This document shows, one piece after another, positions 63,987 to 64,000 of a DNA stretch of 64,000 nt; the stretch's first letter is position 1, and each line of letters opens with the position of its first letter. The stretch is from contig CAZMYU010000004.1 in the NCBI GenBank assembly GCA_964570655.1, positions 49 to 64,048 of the forward strand, read 5' to 3'. A model generated the notes under the pieces. It was not told the DNA's origin. It did no database searches and saw only the letters and a list, made by a program, of their open reading frames with translations. This DNA is from an uncultured Gammaproteobacteria bacterium. Lineage in GTDB: Bacteria > Patescibacteriota > Patescibacteriia > Patescibacteriales > UBA12465. The position numbers and the translations under genes are program-made.

Positions 63987-64000
63987 TAATACAGCGGAGG

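Overview
AT-rich, gene-dense bacterial window with about 70 credible CDS, two complete tRNA genes plus tRNA fragments, no rRNA and no CRISPR array. I infer a reduced-genome bacterium of the Candidate Phyla Radiation / Patescibacteria type. This rests on very short intergenic gaps, almost no Shine-Dalgarno sequences, short HrcA and ATP synthase delta, an FTLIELLVV-type pilin, a Gram-positive-style VirB4/PrgI/VirB6-like cluster and many lineage-specific hypotheticals.

Backbone genes:
- hrcA-grpE-dnaK-(LD-carboxypeptidase)-dnaJ-tatD
- a complete F1Fo ATP synthase operon (atpZ-like, B, E, F, H, A, G, D, C)
- groES-groEL
- both chaperone operons carry readable CIRCE operators
- PBP2, a 3D-domain protein, radA, recG and pgeF

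Most interesting content:
1. A tight operon at 514-5061. A Tmk-like kinase, a radical-SAM/SPASM enzyme, an RlmN/Cfr-like radical-SAM enzyme with atypical cysteine spacing and a beta-RFAP-synthase-like GHMP enzyme are bracketed by two paralogous Cys-rich small proteins. This is a candidate undescribed peptide- or cofactor-modification system.
2. A relaxase-less type IV secretion-like cluster (41.4-51 kb) with VirB4 split into two ORFs, followed by a pilin fused to a FISUMP domain.
3. Several families of small GC-rich palindromic elements in an AT-rich background.
   - One family shows a filled-versus-empty site inside a duplicated tRNA-like sequence.
   - One shows compensatory stem changes.
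   - One sits in frame inside radA.
4. A 1.9-kb ORF-poor region (9.9-11.9 kb) with dense predicted RNA structure.
5. A GC-richer pyrD/E/F-like island with the only strong SD in the window.
6. A small GIY-YIG gene embedded between repeated tRNA 5' halves.

Three genes are broken at or next to homopolymer runs, so assembly indels are plausible.

All calls come from reading the sequence and ORF translations by eye. No searches, folding or statistics were run, and coordinates of RNA and repeat elements are approximate to a few nt.
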